Positions 55,509-64,000 of a stretch of 64,000 bases of DNA are shown here, piece after piece. Position 1 is the stretch's first letter; the number at the start of each line of letters is the position of its first letter. This DNA comes from Thermodesulfobacteriota bacterium. GTDB taxonomy: Bacteria > Desulfobacterota_D > UBA1144 > Nemesobacterales > Mycalebacteriaceae. Location: the NCBI GenBank assembly GCA_965198945.1, contig CBDAQI010000004.1, forward strand, positions 77,230-141,229, in the 5' to 3' direction. The position numbers and the translations under genes are program-made. The notes under the pieces are model-generated. The model had not been told where the DNA came from. It made no database searches and saw only the letters and a list, made by a program, of their open reading frames with translations.

Positions 55509-56206
55509 AAGCTCTTGTTTTTCAGCATGTGGGCCACGAGTCCGCCGGGTTTTTCGGCGACCTGATGCTCAGCACCGGTTTTGAAGTTCAAACAATTGAT
55601 TTTGAAGCGGGAGATTCCTTTCCCAAAAACACTGGCGGTTACGATGTTCTTGTTATTATGGGCGGTCCTATGAATGTTTATGAAGATGACAAATATCCCC
55701 ATCTTGATTCTGAAATCCGTTTTGCGGCCGAGTTTATAAAAAACGGCGGAGCGGTGATGGGAATATGTCTTGGTGCTCAGATAGTGGCCGCCGCTCTCGG
55801 AGCGCGGGTTTTGGCGGGCGCGGAAAAAGAGATAGGGTGGCATGATATTCGCATGACGGATGAAGCCGCTGCAGACCCCCTGTTCAGTCTGTTTGCCAAA
55901 AAAGAAAAGGTTTTTCAATGGCATGGAGACACCTTTGAAATTCCCCGCGGAGCCGTCAGTCTCGCATTTTCGGACGCTTTCCCGAATCAGGCTTTCAGAT
56001 ACGGAAGGAGGGCATATGCTCTCCAGTTTCATCTTGAAACGGACGAGAAAATGATCCGAGACTGGCTTGCCAGAGAGGAAAACAAGAAGGAGATTGATGT
56101 TGCCGGTGTCAGCGAAGCGGAAATTGAGCGCGGCATGGGGGTTTACGGAGACGGTATGCGGCGGCTTGCGGGTTCGGTGTTCGGAGCTTTTTTGAAACTT
56201 GTTTGA
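55505..56206 (+). CDS. Class I glutamine amidotransferase
   Basis: MGGPMNVYE, GICLGAQ, FQWHGDTF, LQFHLE. Confidence 0.92.
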   Translation: MKALVFQHVGHESAGFFGDLMLSTGFEVQTIDFEAGDSFPKNTGGYDVLVIMGGPMNVYEDDKYPHLDSEIRFAAEFIKNGGAVMGICLGAQIVAAALGARVLAGAEKEIGWHDIRMTDEAAADPLFSLFAKKEKVFQWHGDTFEIPRGAVSLAFSDAFPNQAFRYGRRAYALQFHLETDEKMIRDWLAREENKKEIDVAGVSEAEIERGMGVYGDGMRRLAGSVFGAFLKLV

Positions 56207-56258
56207 ACCGAATGTAGAATTGGGTCTTTAATAACCTTATTTCACAAGGAGAAACGCA

Positions 56259-56723
56259 ATGCCCGAATGGAAATTTACAAATCACGGACACCTTGACATT
56301 CAGCCCGCGAAGTCAAAAAGAGCTATTTTTATCGGAAGGTATCAGCCCTATCACCAGGGGCACATAAGTCTTGTGCGCCAGAAACTGGACAAAGGCGTTC
56401 CGTGTCTGGTAATGGTCAGGGATATTCCGCCCGACCCCAAAAATCCGTTCACAACCGGGCAGACGATTGACATGATACGCAAGTATCACGAAAGCAAGGG
56501 AGACGATGTTGAAGTGATAAAAATTCCCGACATTGAATCAGTGAACTGGGGAAGAGGGGTTGGCTATGAAATGAATGAGTTTTTTCCGCCCGAAAACATC
56601 GGATGGATTTCCGCAACAAAGATCAGAGATTCAATCAAAAATGACCAAAACGATTGGCGTGAAATGGTTGATGAATCAATTCAGGCTGATGTTGTAAAAT
56701 ACCTGAAAGAGTCAAACCTGTGA
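56259..56723 (+). CDS. Cytidylyltransferase-like (HIGH-motif) nucleotidyltransferase
   Basis: FIGRYQPYHQGH, NPF, GRGVGY, ISATKIR. Confidence 0.85.
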   Translation: MPEWKFTNHGHLDIQPAKSKRAIFIGRYQPYHQGHISLVRQKLDKGVPCLVMVRDIPPDPKNPFTTGQTIDMIRKYHESKGDDVEVIKIPDIESVNWGRGVGYEMNEFFPPENIGWISATKIRDSIKNDQNDWREMVDESIQADVVKYLKESNL

Positions 56724-56729
56724 CCAGTG

Positions 56730-56987
56730 TCAGCCGCTTTTTTCAGTCGCGCCGTATTTTTTACGGAATTTTTCCACGCGGCTTTCCTTGGCGAACTGCT
56801 GTTCTCTTCCCGTAAAGAAGGGATGCGAACTGCTTGATATCTCAACCGTCACAAGCGGGTATTTATTGCCGTCTTCCCACTCAATGGTTTCACTTGATTC
56901 TTTTGTTGACCTCGTAAGGATCGCGAAACCTGAAGACGGGTCTTTGAAAACAACCGGTCTGTATTCGGGATGAATATCTTTTTTCAT
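56730..56987 (-). CDS. rpmE2: 50S ribosomal protein L31 type B
   Basis: [40 protein letters not shown]; no CxxC motifs. Confidence 0.95.
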   Translation of the reverse strand: MKKDIHPEYRPVVFKDPSSGFAILTRSTKESSETIEWEDGNKYPLVTVEISSSSHPFFTGREQQFAKESRVEKFRKKYGATEKSG

Positions 56988-57010
56988 TTTTTTCTCCGGG
57001 CAGGGGAGCA

Positions 57011-57038
57011 ATTATAACAAAGCGCGGGTTTTTGTAAA
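57011..57038 (-). promoter_or_regulatory. Probable sigma70 promoter for rpmE2
   Basis: Minus strand TTTACA-N16-TATAAT with TGn extension. Confidence 0.45.
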
Positions 57039-57072
57039 GTATCGGCATTTGAAGGTTATACTTTGTAAGGTA

Positions 57073-58020
57073 ATGGAAAAAACGGCTGTTTTTATAGATT
57101 CCGGTGTTTGCAAGGCGCACGAAAACGGCCCCATGCACCCAGAAAGCCCCGAAAGAATCACTGCGATAGAGTCCCTTCTGGGCACGGCAAGCGTCGCGCC
57201 TTTTGTTGAACACCTCCCCGTAAAAGACGCGACAGAGCAACAGCTCGCGCGGGTTCACAGAGAAGACTATGTCAGGTTCGTGTTGGAGACTGATGGAAAG
57301 CCTTTGTTACAGCTCGACGCTGACACCGGAGCCGGGGGAGGGTCATGCAAAGCCGCGGTTCGTTCCGCCGGAGCGGCAATTTGCGCCTGCGGTGAAGCGC
57401 TCAAAGGCAAAACCGCTTTCGCATTCTGCCGCCCTCCGGGACACCATGCCGAACATGACCGGGCGATGGGGTTCTGTATTTTTAACAACGTGGCCGTCGC
57501 GGCGGAGTTTGCTCTCAAAGAACACTCTGCGGAGCGCGTTATGATAATTGACTGGGATGTCCATCATGGCAACGGAACACAGAACAGTTTTTACAAACGG
57601 GGTGATGTTTTCTATTTCTCAATTCACCAGCACCCGGCTTTTCCCGGAACCGGAACCGCACGAGAGACCGGCGAAGGGCGGGGCGAGGGAACCACTCTAA
57701 ATGTTCCGCTGGCTCCCGGGCAGACTGATGAGTTGTATGTGGACATATTTCAAAATCGTCTCGCCCCCGCCGCACGCTCATATAACCCGGACATCATTCT
57801 TGTATCCGCGGGTTTTGACGCTCATAAAGCCGACCCGCTTGCGGGCATGAATCTTTCAAGCGAGTGTTTTGGCATTCTTGCCGGAGAGGTTCAAAACCTC
57901 GCGGCTGAGATTTACGGAGGAGCGGCCGCTTTTTTTCTTGAAGGCGGATACGATTTGTGGGCTTTGCAAACTTCCGTTGCCGAAGTATTATGGGCTCTCG
58001 GAGGCGGGAAAAACAACTGA
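57073..58020 (+). CDS. Histone deacetylase family (Zn-dependent amidohydrolase)
   Basis: HPESPER, RPPGHHA, GFCIFNN, DWDVHHGNGTQ, SAGFDAH, LEGGY. Confidence 0.95.
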   Translation: MEKTAVFIDSGVCKAHENGPMHPESPERITAIESLLGTASVAPFVEHLPVKDATEQQLARVHREDYVRFVLETDGKPLLQLDADTGAGGGSCKAAVRSAGAAICACGEALKGKTAFAFCRPPGHHAEHDRAMGFCIFNNVAVAAEFALKEHSAERVMIIDWDVHHGNGTQNSFYKRGDVFYFSIHQHPAFPGTGTARETGEGRGEGTTLNVPLAPGQTDELYVDIFQNRLAPAARSYNPDIILVSAGFDAHKADPLAGMNLSSECFGILAGEVQNLAAEIYGGAAAFFLEGGYDLWALQTSVAEVLWALGGGKNN

Positions 58021-58097
58021 TTTTTCCTCGCCTGATTTTGCTGTGAAAAAATAATTCTGTATTCTAAAAACCAGATTTTTGACGAAAGGAGAATAAG

Positions 58098-59084
58098 ATG
58101 AAAGCCGGTATTTATCATGAATTCGGAGATGTTGATGTAATCAAATATGAGGATGTTGAAACTCCCTCGCCCGGCGCGGATGAAGTTTTGATAAGTGTCA
58201 AGTCCTGTGCCATGAACTCTTTGGACACACGTTTGAGGTCCGGAAAATCTCCTCGTCCGGTTGACCTTCCGCACATTGGCGGAATAGACATATCGGGAGT
58301 GATAGAGAAAGTCGGCGCAAATGCCGGAGAAAAAATCAAAGCCGGAGACCGTGTGGTTGTGAATCCGGCGGTCAGAGGGGAGAAGGGTTTGAGTGTTATC
58401 GGGGCTAACAGGCACGGAGGGTTTGCGGAATATACGAGTGTTCCCGCCGCAAACATCTGCAAAATTCCCGACAGTCTCTCATATAACGAGGCGTCGGCTT
58501 TGCCGATTTGCTATGTTACGGCGGTTTACGGACTTGTTAACAGAGGAGGTTTGAAAAGCGGTGAAACTGTTGTTGTACATGCCGCGGGCAGCGGAACCGG
58601 AACCGCCACAATTCAAGTCGCAAAAAATCTCGGAGCAAAAGTAATTGCCACCGCGAGCAGCGATGAGAAACTTGAGAAAGCCAAGTCTCTCGGCGCGGAT
58701 GAAGTTATTAATTATAAAAAAGACGATTTTTCAAGCGTTATAAAGGGCGGGGTTGATGTTGTTTTTGATCCCGTAGGGGCGTCTCACTGGGAAAAGAATA
58801 TGAAAATTCTCAAGCCCGGCGGCCGGCTTCTTCTCGTTGGGGTCGTGGGGGGAGGGGTTGTGGAGAAGTTTGCCATAGGCCCCGTGATTATGAGGGATAT
58901 TTCAATTGTCGGTGTGACGGTTTTCAACTCCCCTCAAAGTATTCTGGAAGACACGGTTGGTATGGTTGTGAATGGAACGCTAAAACCCATTATAGAAAAA
59001 ACGGTTCCGCTTTCAGAACTTGCGGAAGCTCACAGAATTCTGGAAACAAGCGGCCAGTTTGGAAAGGTTGTAGTCAATCCCTGA
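58098..59084 (+). CDS. NAD(P)H:quinone oxidoreductase-type MDR dehydrogenase
   Basis: PHIGGIDISGVI, HAAGSGTG, GADEVINY, FGKVV. Confidence 0.9.
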   Translation: MKAGIYHEFGDVDVIKYEDVETPSPGADEVLISVKSCAMNSLDTRLRSGKSPRPVDLPHIGGIDISGVIEKVGANAGEKIKAGDRVVVNPAVRGEKGLSVIGANRHGGFAEYTSVPAANICKIPDSLSYNEASALPICYVTAVYGLVNRGGLKSGETVVVHAAGSGTGTATIQVAKNLGAKVIATASSDEKLEKAKSLGADEVINYKKDDFSSVIKGGVDVVFDPVGASHWEKNMKILKPGGRLLLVGVVGGGVVEKFAIGPVIMRDISIVGVTVFNSPQSILEDTVGMVVNGTLKPIIEKTVPLSELAEAHRILETSGQFGKVVVNP

Positions 59085-59098
59085 AGTGGGAGACCATA

Positions 59099-59584
59099 AT
59101 GGAACGACCCGTTACTGAGTTCAATCTTGATGACAAAGATGACTGGGTTGCGTCTCTGGGTTGCGGGCACACTATTCATGTAAGACACAATCCGCCGTTT
59201 CAAAATCGTCCCTGGGTTTTAACACATAAAGGCCGTGAGGAAACAATCGGCACGATGTTTGACTGTGTTCACTGCGACAGGTTTGAAATTCCCGAAGGTT
59301 TTATTTCATATTTCAAATCTCCGGTTTTCAGTCATGACACCATTCCCGACGGGCTGAAGAGGGGCCATTCAACAAAAGCGGGTGTCTGGGCGAAAATTAT
59401 AGTTGAATCCGGCAGACTCAGATATTGCATTCCTACTGTGGGAGCGGAGGTGGAGCTGTCGGAGAATTCTCCGGGTGTTGTGGCTCCGGAAATCCCGCAT
59501 CATATAGAGCCGGTTGGAAAAGTGAGTTTTTTTGTGGAATTCTACGGGCCGGACAAAAATCTCGCCGCTTCGGGCGCGAAATAG
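59099..59584 (+). CDS. DUF3565 + DUF1971 (TehB N-terminal-like cupin) fusion protein
   Basis: DWVASLGCGHTIHVRHNPPFQNRPWV...CVHCD followed by HSTKAGVWAKI...PHHIEP...FFVEFY. Confidence 0.8.
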   Translation: MERPVTEFNLDDKDDWVASLGCGHTIHVRHNPPFQNRPWVLTHKGREETIGTMFDCVHCDRFEIPEGFISYFKSPVFSHDTIPDGLKRGHSTKAGVWAKIIVESGRLRYCIPTVGAEVELSENSPGVVAPEIPHHIEPVGKVSFFVEFYGPDKNLAASGAK

Positions 59585-60558
59585 GTTGCTATCATGTCCG
59601 CTCCCGCGCGTTTGATTGAAAGCAGGCTTTCCATAATTGCGTCCCGTTCATTCAGCCACCCGTTTGCGGCGGCTGATTTTATCATCAGGTATTCCCCGCT
59701 TACTTGATAAGCCGCAACCGGCAGATCGGTTGATTCTCTGAACGCGCTTATAACATCAAGGTAGTGGCTCGCGGGTTTTACCATCACAATGTCCGCGCCT
59801 TCTGCTTCATCAAGCCTGAGCTCCCTGAGCGCCTCTTTCACATTGGCCGGGTCCATCTGATAAGTTTTTTTATCGCCCGACTTTGGTTCCGAATCCAATG
59901 CCCCGCGAAACGGGCCGTAAAAACATGAAGCGTATTTCGCCGTGTATGAAAGTATTGAAGTATTTGTATGGCCGTTTTCATCAAGCGCTTCCCTTATGGC
60001 ACCAACCCGTCCGTCCATCATATCGCTAGGCGCCACAATGTCGGCTCCGGCGTTCGCATGACATAATGCCTGAAGGCAAAGAATTTCAACGGTTGCGTCA
60101 TTGAGTATTTCACCCGAAGCCGAAACCAGCCCGTCATGCCCGTCGCTTGAATAGGGGTCAAGTGCGATGTCGGTTATTACCGTTGCTCCGGGGAACTCTT
60201 TCTTCAATTTTCTTACGGTTTCCGGCACAAGACCGCGCGGATTTGTCGCTTCTTTTGCCGTTCCGGATTTTAATGCTTTCTCAATTGCCGGAAAAAGCAT
60301 AAAACACTCTATTCCGTTTTTGAGCGAATGCTCAACCTCTTTCAGCAAACCGCTCTTTCCGAGCCGCTTTCTGCCCGGCATTGAATCTATTTTTTCATCA
60401 TTGCCTCCGTCCAGTATAAAAAGCGGATATATCAGTCGTTTTGCCGAAAGCCCGGTTTCCCTGACAAGAGAGCGGATTGAGGAGGTTTTTCTGTTTCTGC
60501 GCGGGCGTGCGGGGATATCAAGAGACCCCGTGTCGTAAGAGTGGCGGTTTTTGCTCAT
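59542..60558 (-). CDS. hemB: Porphobilinogen synthase (ALA dehydratase)
   Basis: RPRRNR, DIALDPYSSDGHDG, APSDMMDGRV, FYGPFR, YQMDPAN, MVKP, AYQVSGEY. Confidence 0.98.
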   Translation of the reverse strand: MSKNRHSYDTGSLDIPARPRRNRKTSSIRSLVRETGLSAKRLIYPLFILDGGNDEKIDSMPGRKRLGKSGLLKEVEHSLKNGIECFMLFPAIEKALKSGTAKEATNPRGLVPETVRKLKKEFPGATVITDIALDPYSSDGHDGLVSASGEILNDATVEILCLQALCHANAGADIVAPSDMMDGRVGAIREALDENGHTNTSILSYTAKYASCFYGPFRGALDSEPKSGDKKTYQMDPANVKEALRELRLDEAEGADIVMVKPASHYLDVISAFRESTDLPVAAYQVSGEYLMIKSAAANGWLNERDAIMESLLSIKRAGADMIATYFAPEAARFLSGP

Positions 60559-60631
60559 AAGCTCAGAAAGCTACACGGGCAAAAAGGTTTTTCAAAATTC
60601 CTTCTTTTTGGAGAATGTTTTATGTGTTAAA

Positions 60632-61435
60632 ATGAACATTATGAGGTTAATACTGTTCTTTTCGGTGTTTTTTCTCTCTGTATCTTTTTCTCCAGCGGCT
60701 GTTTTCTCCTCGGAGGTTCAAATTGTTAAAGTGCCGAGGTCTCCCGCGATTGACGCCGCAGTCAGAGTCATTTCACCGAAAGACGGTGAATCTGTTTTTT
60801 CACTGAATCCCCAAGTTAAACTTGAGGTTACGGGTGATTACAAACTGGGGGCTCAAACTGACACGAAACGAAGAACCCTGGTGGCAAATTCCGGAGAAGG
60901 GCAGCATGTCCACCTTATTGTTGACAACAAGCCCTATCAGGCCATTTATGACGTTTCAAAACCGATTGTCTTGAAGGGGTTGAGCACTGGCCCCCATACT
61001 CTCGTTGTTTTTCCTTCACGGTCCTATCATGAGGGCATCAAGTCTGCCGGGGCGTCACAAGTTTTGAACTTCAGCGTCTTAACTTCTTTCAATATGGATT
61101 ATCCGCTCAAGCATTCCGAGCCCGGCTTGATTTACAGCCGTCCGAAGGGTTTATATTCCGGCAGAGACTCTGAGAGGATCATGGTTGATTTTTATCTTCA
61201 CAATGTTTATCTCAGCCCTGACGGATATAAGGTTGAGTTGTTTATCTTTGAAGGAGACCGGATGGACAATGATTCAATAGTCGCCTCATCCGTTTTTGAC
61301 AGTTGGCAGCCGGCTTTTGTTGAGGGGCTTGAAACCGGAGAATACACTTTCCGTCTTGAGCTGGTTGACTCTTCCGGCAGAAGGGTGCTGGGCAGATTCG
61401 GAGCTGAAAGCCGACTTATAAAAGTTATTCGTTGA
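60632..61435 (+). CDS. Exported hypothetical protein with two beta-rich domains
   Basis: Signal peptide; [13 protein letters not shown]...[23 protein letters not shown]. Confidence 0.7.
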   Translation: MNIMRLILFFSVFFLSVSFSPAAVFSSEVQIVKVPRSPAIDAAVRVISPKDGESVFSLNPQVKLEVTGDYKLGAQTDTKRRTLVANSGEGQHVHLIVDNKPYQAIYDVSKPIVLKGLSTGPHTLVVFPSRSYHEGIKSAGASQVLNFSVLTSFNMDYPLKHSEPGLIYSRPKGLYSGRDSERIMVDFYLHNVYLSPDGYKVELFIFEGDRMDNDSIVASSVFDSWQPAFVEGLETGEYTFRLELVDSSGRRVLGRFGAESRLIKVIR

Positions 61436-61449
61436 AAACACTCCGGTCA

Positions 61450-62115
61450 ATGATTCGTCTTTACACCGCGGCCACTCCGAACGGCAGAAAAATCTCAATA
61501 ATGCTTGAAGAAACCGGCCTTCCATACACGGTTCATAATCTCCGCCTGGATGAAAAACAGCAGAAGAACCCGGAATTTTTATCAATAAATCCCAACGGAC
61601 GCATACCCGCCATTGTTGATGAAGAAAACGGCGATTTTGCAGTTTTTGAATCGGGCGCCATTCTTCTCTATCTTGCCGGCAAAACCGGGAAACTGCTGCC
61701 GGTTGATGAGGCGGGTAAATCCGTTGCCATACAGTGGCTTATGTTCCAGATGGCGGGAGTGGGGCCAATGCAGGGGCAGGCGCATGTTTTCCGGCACTAT
61801 GCTCCCGAAAAAATCCCCTACGCCGTGGACAGATATACAAATGAAACAAAAAGACTTTATGAAGTGGTTGAAAACCGCCTTTCCCGGAGTCCTTATATGG
61901 CCGGTGAAGAATATACAATTGCCGATATTTCTCTCTGGCCCTGGGTGAGCGTGTCCGGCAGAGCGGGTGTTGATATTTCGGATTTTCCGAACCTGCGCAA
62001 ATGGTTTGAAAAGGTTGCCTCCCGACCGGCCGTTTTGAAAGGCGGCGGTATTCCCCGGTCTTTTGAAGAAAGTGAAGAAGACAAAAACACAAGGATATCA
62101 AAGATTCTTGTTTGA
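61450..62115 (+). CDS. Glutathione S-transferase (YfcG/YghU-like)
   Basis: [55 protein letters not shown]. Confidence 0.93.
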   Translation: MIRLYTAATPNGRKISIMLEETGLPYTVHNLRLDEKQQKNPEFLSINPNGRIPAIVDEENGDFAVFESGAILLYLAGKTGKLLPVDEAGKSVAIQWLMFQMAGVGPMQGQAHVFRHYAPEKIPYAVDRYTNETKRLYEVVENRLSRSPYMAGEEYTIADISLWPWVSVSGRAGVDISDFPNLRKWFEKVASRPAVLKGGGIPRSFEESEEDKNTRISKILV

Positions 62116-62175
62116 AATTCATTTTCCGGCGGTTATGTTTTGTGCCGAGCCGCGAAGCGGCTTTTATTTTATGCC

Positions 62176-63348
62176 ATGAACAGCAGTGAAAATTTTATTT
62201 TTACTTCGGAGTCCGTAACCGAAGGACATCCCGACAAAATAGCGGACCAGATATCTGACGCCGTGCTTGATTCAATGATTGGGGATGACCCTGCAAGCAG
62301 GGTTGCGTGCGAAACTCTTGTTACAACTGGGCTCGTGATTGTATCGGGCGAGATAACGAGTTCCAGTTCCGTTAATATTCCAGAAACGGTCAGGCGCACG
62401 ATAGAGAACATAGGATATAACGACAGTTCAATGGGTTTTGACGCAAAAACCTGCTCGGTTATGGTGGCAACTGACATGCAGTCCGAAGACATAGCCGCCG
62501 GTGTTAACTCCGGTCCCGAAAAAGAACAGGGAGCGGGAGACCAGGGTCTTATGTTCGGCTACGCGAATGACGACACGCCCCAGCTTCTCCCTTTTCCGAT
62601 AATGTGCGCTCATCAGCTTTCAAAAAAACTTTCTCAGGCAAGGAAAGAAGGAGTTCTGCCGTTCCTGAGACCGGACGGAAAGTCTCAGTTGACAGTCAGA
62701 TATGAAAAAGGAAAGCCGGTTGAAATTGATACGGTGGTTATTTCCTCTCAACACTGCCCCGATGCGGATAACAAAACAATTTATGAAGGTGTTTTGGAAG
62801 AGGTCATAAAGACGGTGGTTGATGATTCTCTTTTTACAAAAAACACCAGAGTGCTTGTGAACCCGACAGGCAGATTTGTCATAGGCGGACCGATGGGAGA
62901 TGTGGGCCTTACCGGGAGAAAAATTATAATAGACACTTACGGCGGCTGGGCGCGTCACGGGGGAGGGGCTTTTTCAGGAAAAGACCCGTCAAAGGTTGAC
63001 CGCAGCGCCGCATATATGGCGCGCTACATAGCCAAAAATGTTGTGGCAAGCGGAGCCGCAAAAGAGTGCGAGGTTCAGCTCGCATATGCCATAGGCGTTG
63101 CCGAACCCGTCTCAATTATGGTGAACACTTTCGGCACATCGGAGTTGCCGGAAAGTAGAATAGTGTCCGCAATCAAAGAAAACTTTGACTTGAGACCCGC
63201 CGCAATCATAGAAACCCTTGACCTTCTGAAGCCCATATATTCACCCACGGCCGCATATGGTCACTTCGGGCGCGATTGCGGCGAGGGCGGTTTCACATGG
63301 GAGAAAACAGACAAAACCGAAGGGCTGCAAAAGGCTTTCGGAAAATAA
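62176..63348 (+). CDS. metK: S-adenosylmethionine synthetase
   Basis: [53 protein letters not shown]. Confidence 0.99.
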   Translation: MNSSENFIFTSESVTEGHPDKIADQISDAVLDSMIGDDPASRVACETLVTTGLVIVSGEITSSSSVNIPETVRRTIENIGYNDSSMGFDAKTCSVMVATDMQSEDIAAGVNSGPEKEQGAGDQGLMFGYANDDTPQLLPFPIMCAHQLSKKLSQARKEGVLPFLRPDGKSQLTVRYEKGKPVEIDTVVISSQHCPDADNKTIYEGVLEEVIKTVVDDSLFTKNTRVLVNPTGRFVIGGPMGDVGLTGRKIIIDTYGGWARHGGGAFSGKDPSKVDRSAAYMARYIAKNVVASGAAKECEVQLAYAIGVAEPVSIMVNTFGTSELPESRIVSAIKENFDLRPAAIIETLDLLKPIYSPTAAYGHFGRDCGEGGFTWEKTDKTEGLQKAFGK

Positions 63349-63360
63349 GAGAGGAGAAAA

Positions 63361-64000
63361 ATGAAGAGTGACATAAAAGATATCAAACTTGCCCGCGAGG
63401 GAAAACTAAGAGCTGAATGGGCGGCTCAGCAAATGCCGGTGCTTGAAAACGTGGAAAAGGAATTTGCCCGGAAAAAACCTCTCAAAGGCATAAGAGTTGC
63501 AGCTTGCCTGCATGTTACAACCGAAACCGGAAATCTTATGACGACGCTCAAAGCCGGCGGAGCAGAGGTCAGTCTCTGCGCGTCAAATCCTCTCAGCACA
63601 CAGGATGATGTCGCCGCTTATCTTGTTAAAAATGGAATTCCGACCTTCGCGGTCAAAGGTGAAAGCACGGCCACTTTTCACAAACACATAAAAGCCGTTC
63701 TTTCAATGAAGCCTCACATTACAATGGATGACGGTGCGGACATTACCGCGGAAATACACAAAAACAAAACGGATTTATACAAAGATGTCATAGGCGGAAC
63801 CGAGGAGACTACCACCGGTGTTATCAGGCTTCAGAGCCTTGCCTCCCAGGGCAAGCTCAAATACCCGATAATAGCCGTGAACGATGCCAAAACAAAACAC
63901 TTTTTTGACAACCGTTACGGAACCGGGCAAAGCACTCTTGACGGAATCACACGCGCTACGAACCGTCTTATATCGGGAACCAACTTTGTCGTCGCCGGAT
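63361..64000 (+). CDS. ahcY: Adenosylhomocysteinase (runs off window end)
   Basis: [15 protein letters not shown]...MPVL...[12 protein letters not shown]...SNPLSTQDD...GTEETTTGV...[13 protein letters not shown]. Confidence 0.97.
   Translation, partial: MKSDIKDIKLAREGKLRAEWAAQQMPVLENVEKEFARKKPLKGIRVAACLHVTTETGNLMTTLKAGGAEVSLCASNPLSTQDDVAAYLVKNGIPTFAVKGESTATFHKHIKAVLSMKPHITMDDGADITAEIHKNKTDLYKDVIGGTEETTTGVIRLQSLASQGKLKYPIIAVNDAKTKHFFDNRYGTGQSTLDGITRATNRLISGTNFVVAG

Noticed and set aside
62116..62175. SAM riboswitch upstream of metK-ahcY
   Set aside because: Only ~60 bp of intergenic sequence and no recognisable aptamer motif.

Overview
Bacterial chromosome window made up mostly of housekeeping genes: rsmD, gyrA, proB, guaBA, coaX, ggt, tsaD, thiC, carB, greA, msrB, lspA, ribE, aroK, degP-like, mutL, efp, rluB, mqnC, ptsH, hisDC, lgt, rplU-rpmA, alaS, rpoH, rpmE2, hemB, metK, ahcY and three tRNAs. 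The gene style suggests a Desulfobacterota-like lineage, possibly 'Ca. Dadabacteria' (weak inference). Three AT-richer accessory blocks interrupt it. (i) 445-5468: a disrupted ~1200-codon nuclease-RecQ helicase fusion, a coiled-coil membrane-anchored protein and a Fic pseudogene. (ii) 8657-10818: an HTH-fused DNA methyltransferase plus a putative restriction endonuclease. (iii) 45571-50820: two paralogous glycine-rich proteins, then a Thoeris-like cluster of three ThsB-type TIR proteins and a transmembrane protein with no ThsA, and an HNH remnant. The best candidates for new biology are the 3xTIR+TM cluster and its glycine-rich neighbours, a MoxR/RavA AAA+ gene joined to a vWA gene across an A9 run with a downstream hairpin (possible programmed frameshift), and an EF-P with a non-canonical KMAQRSP loop. 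Several essential genes carry single indels in homopolymers, so the assembly probably has long-read errors and every frameshift-based claim needs read-level checking.
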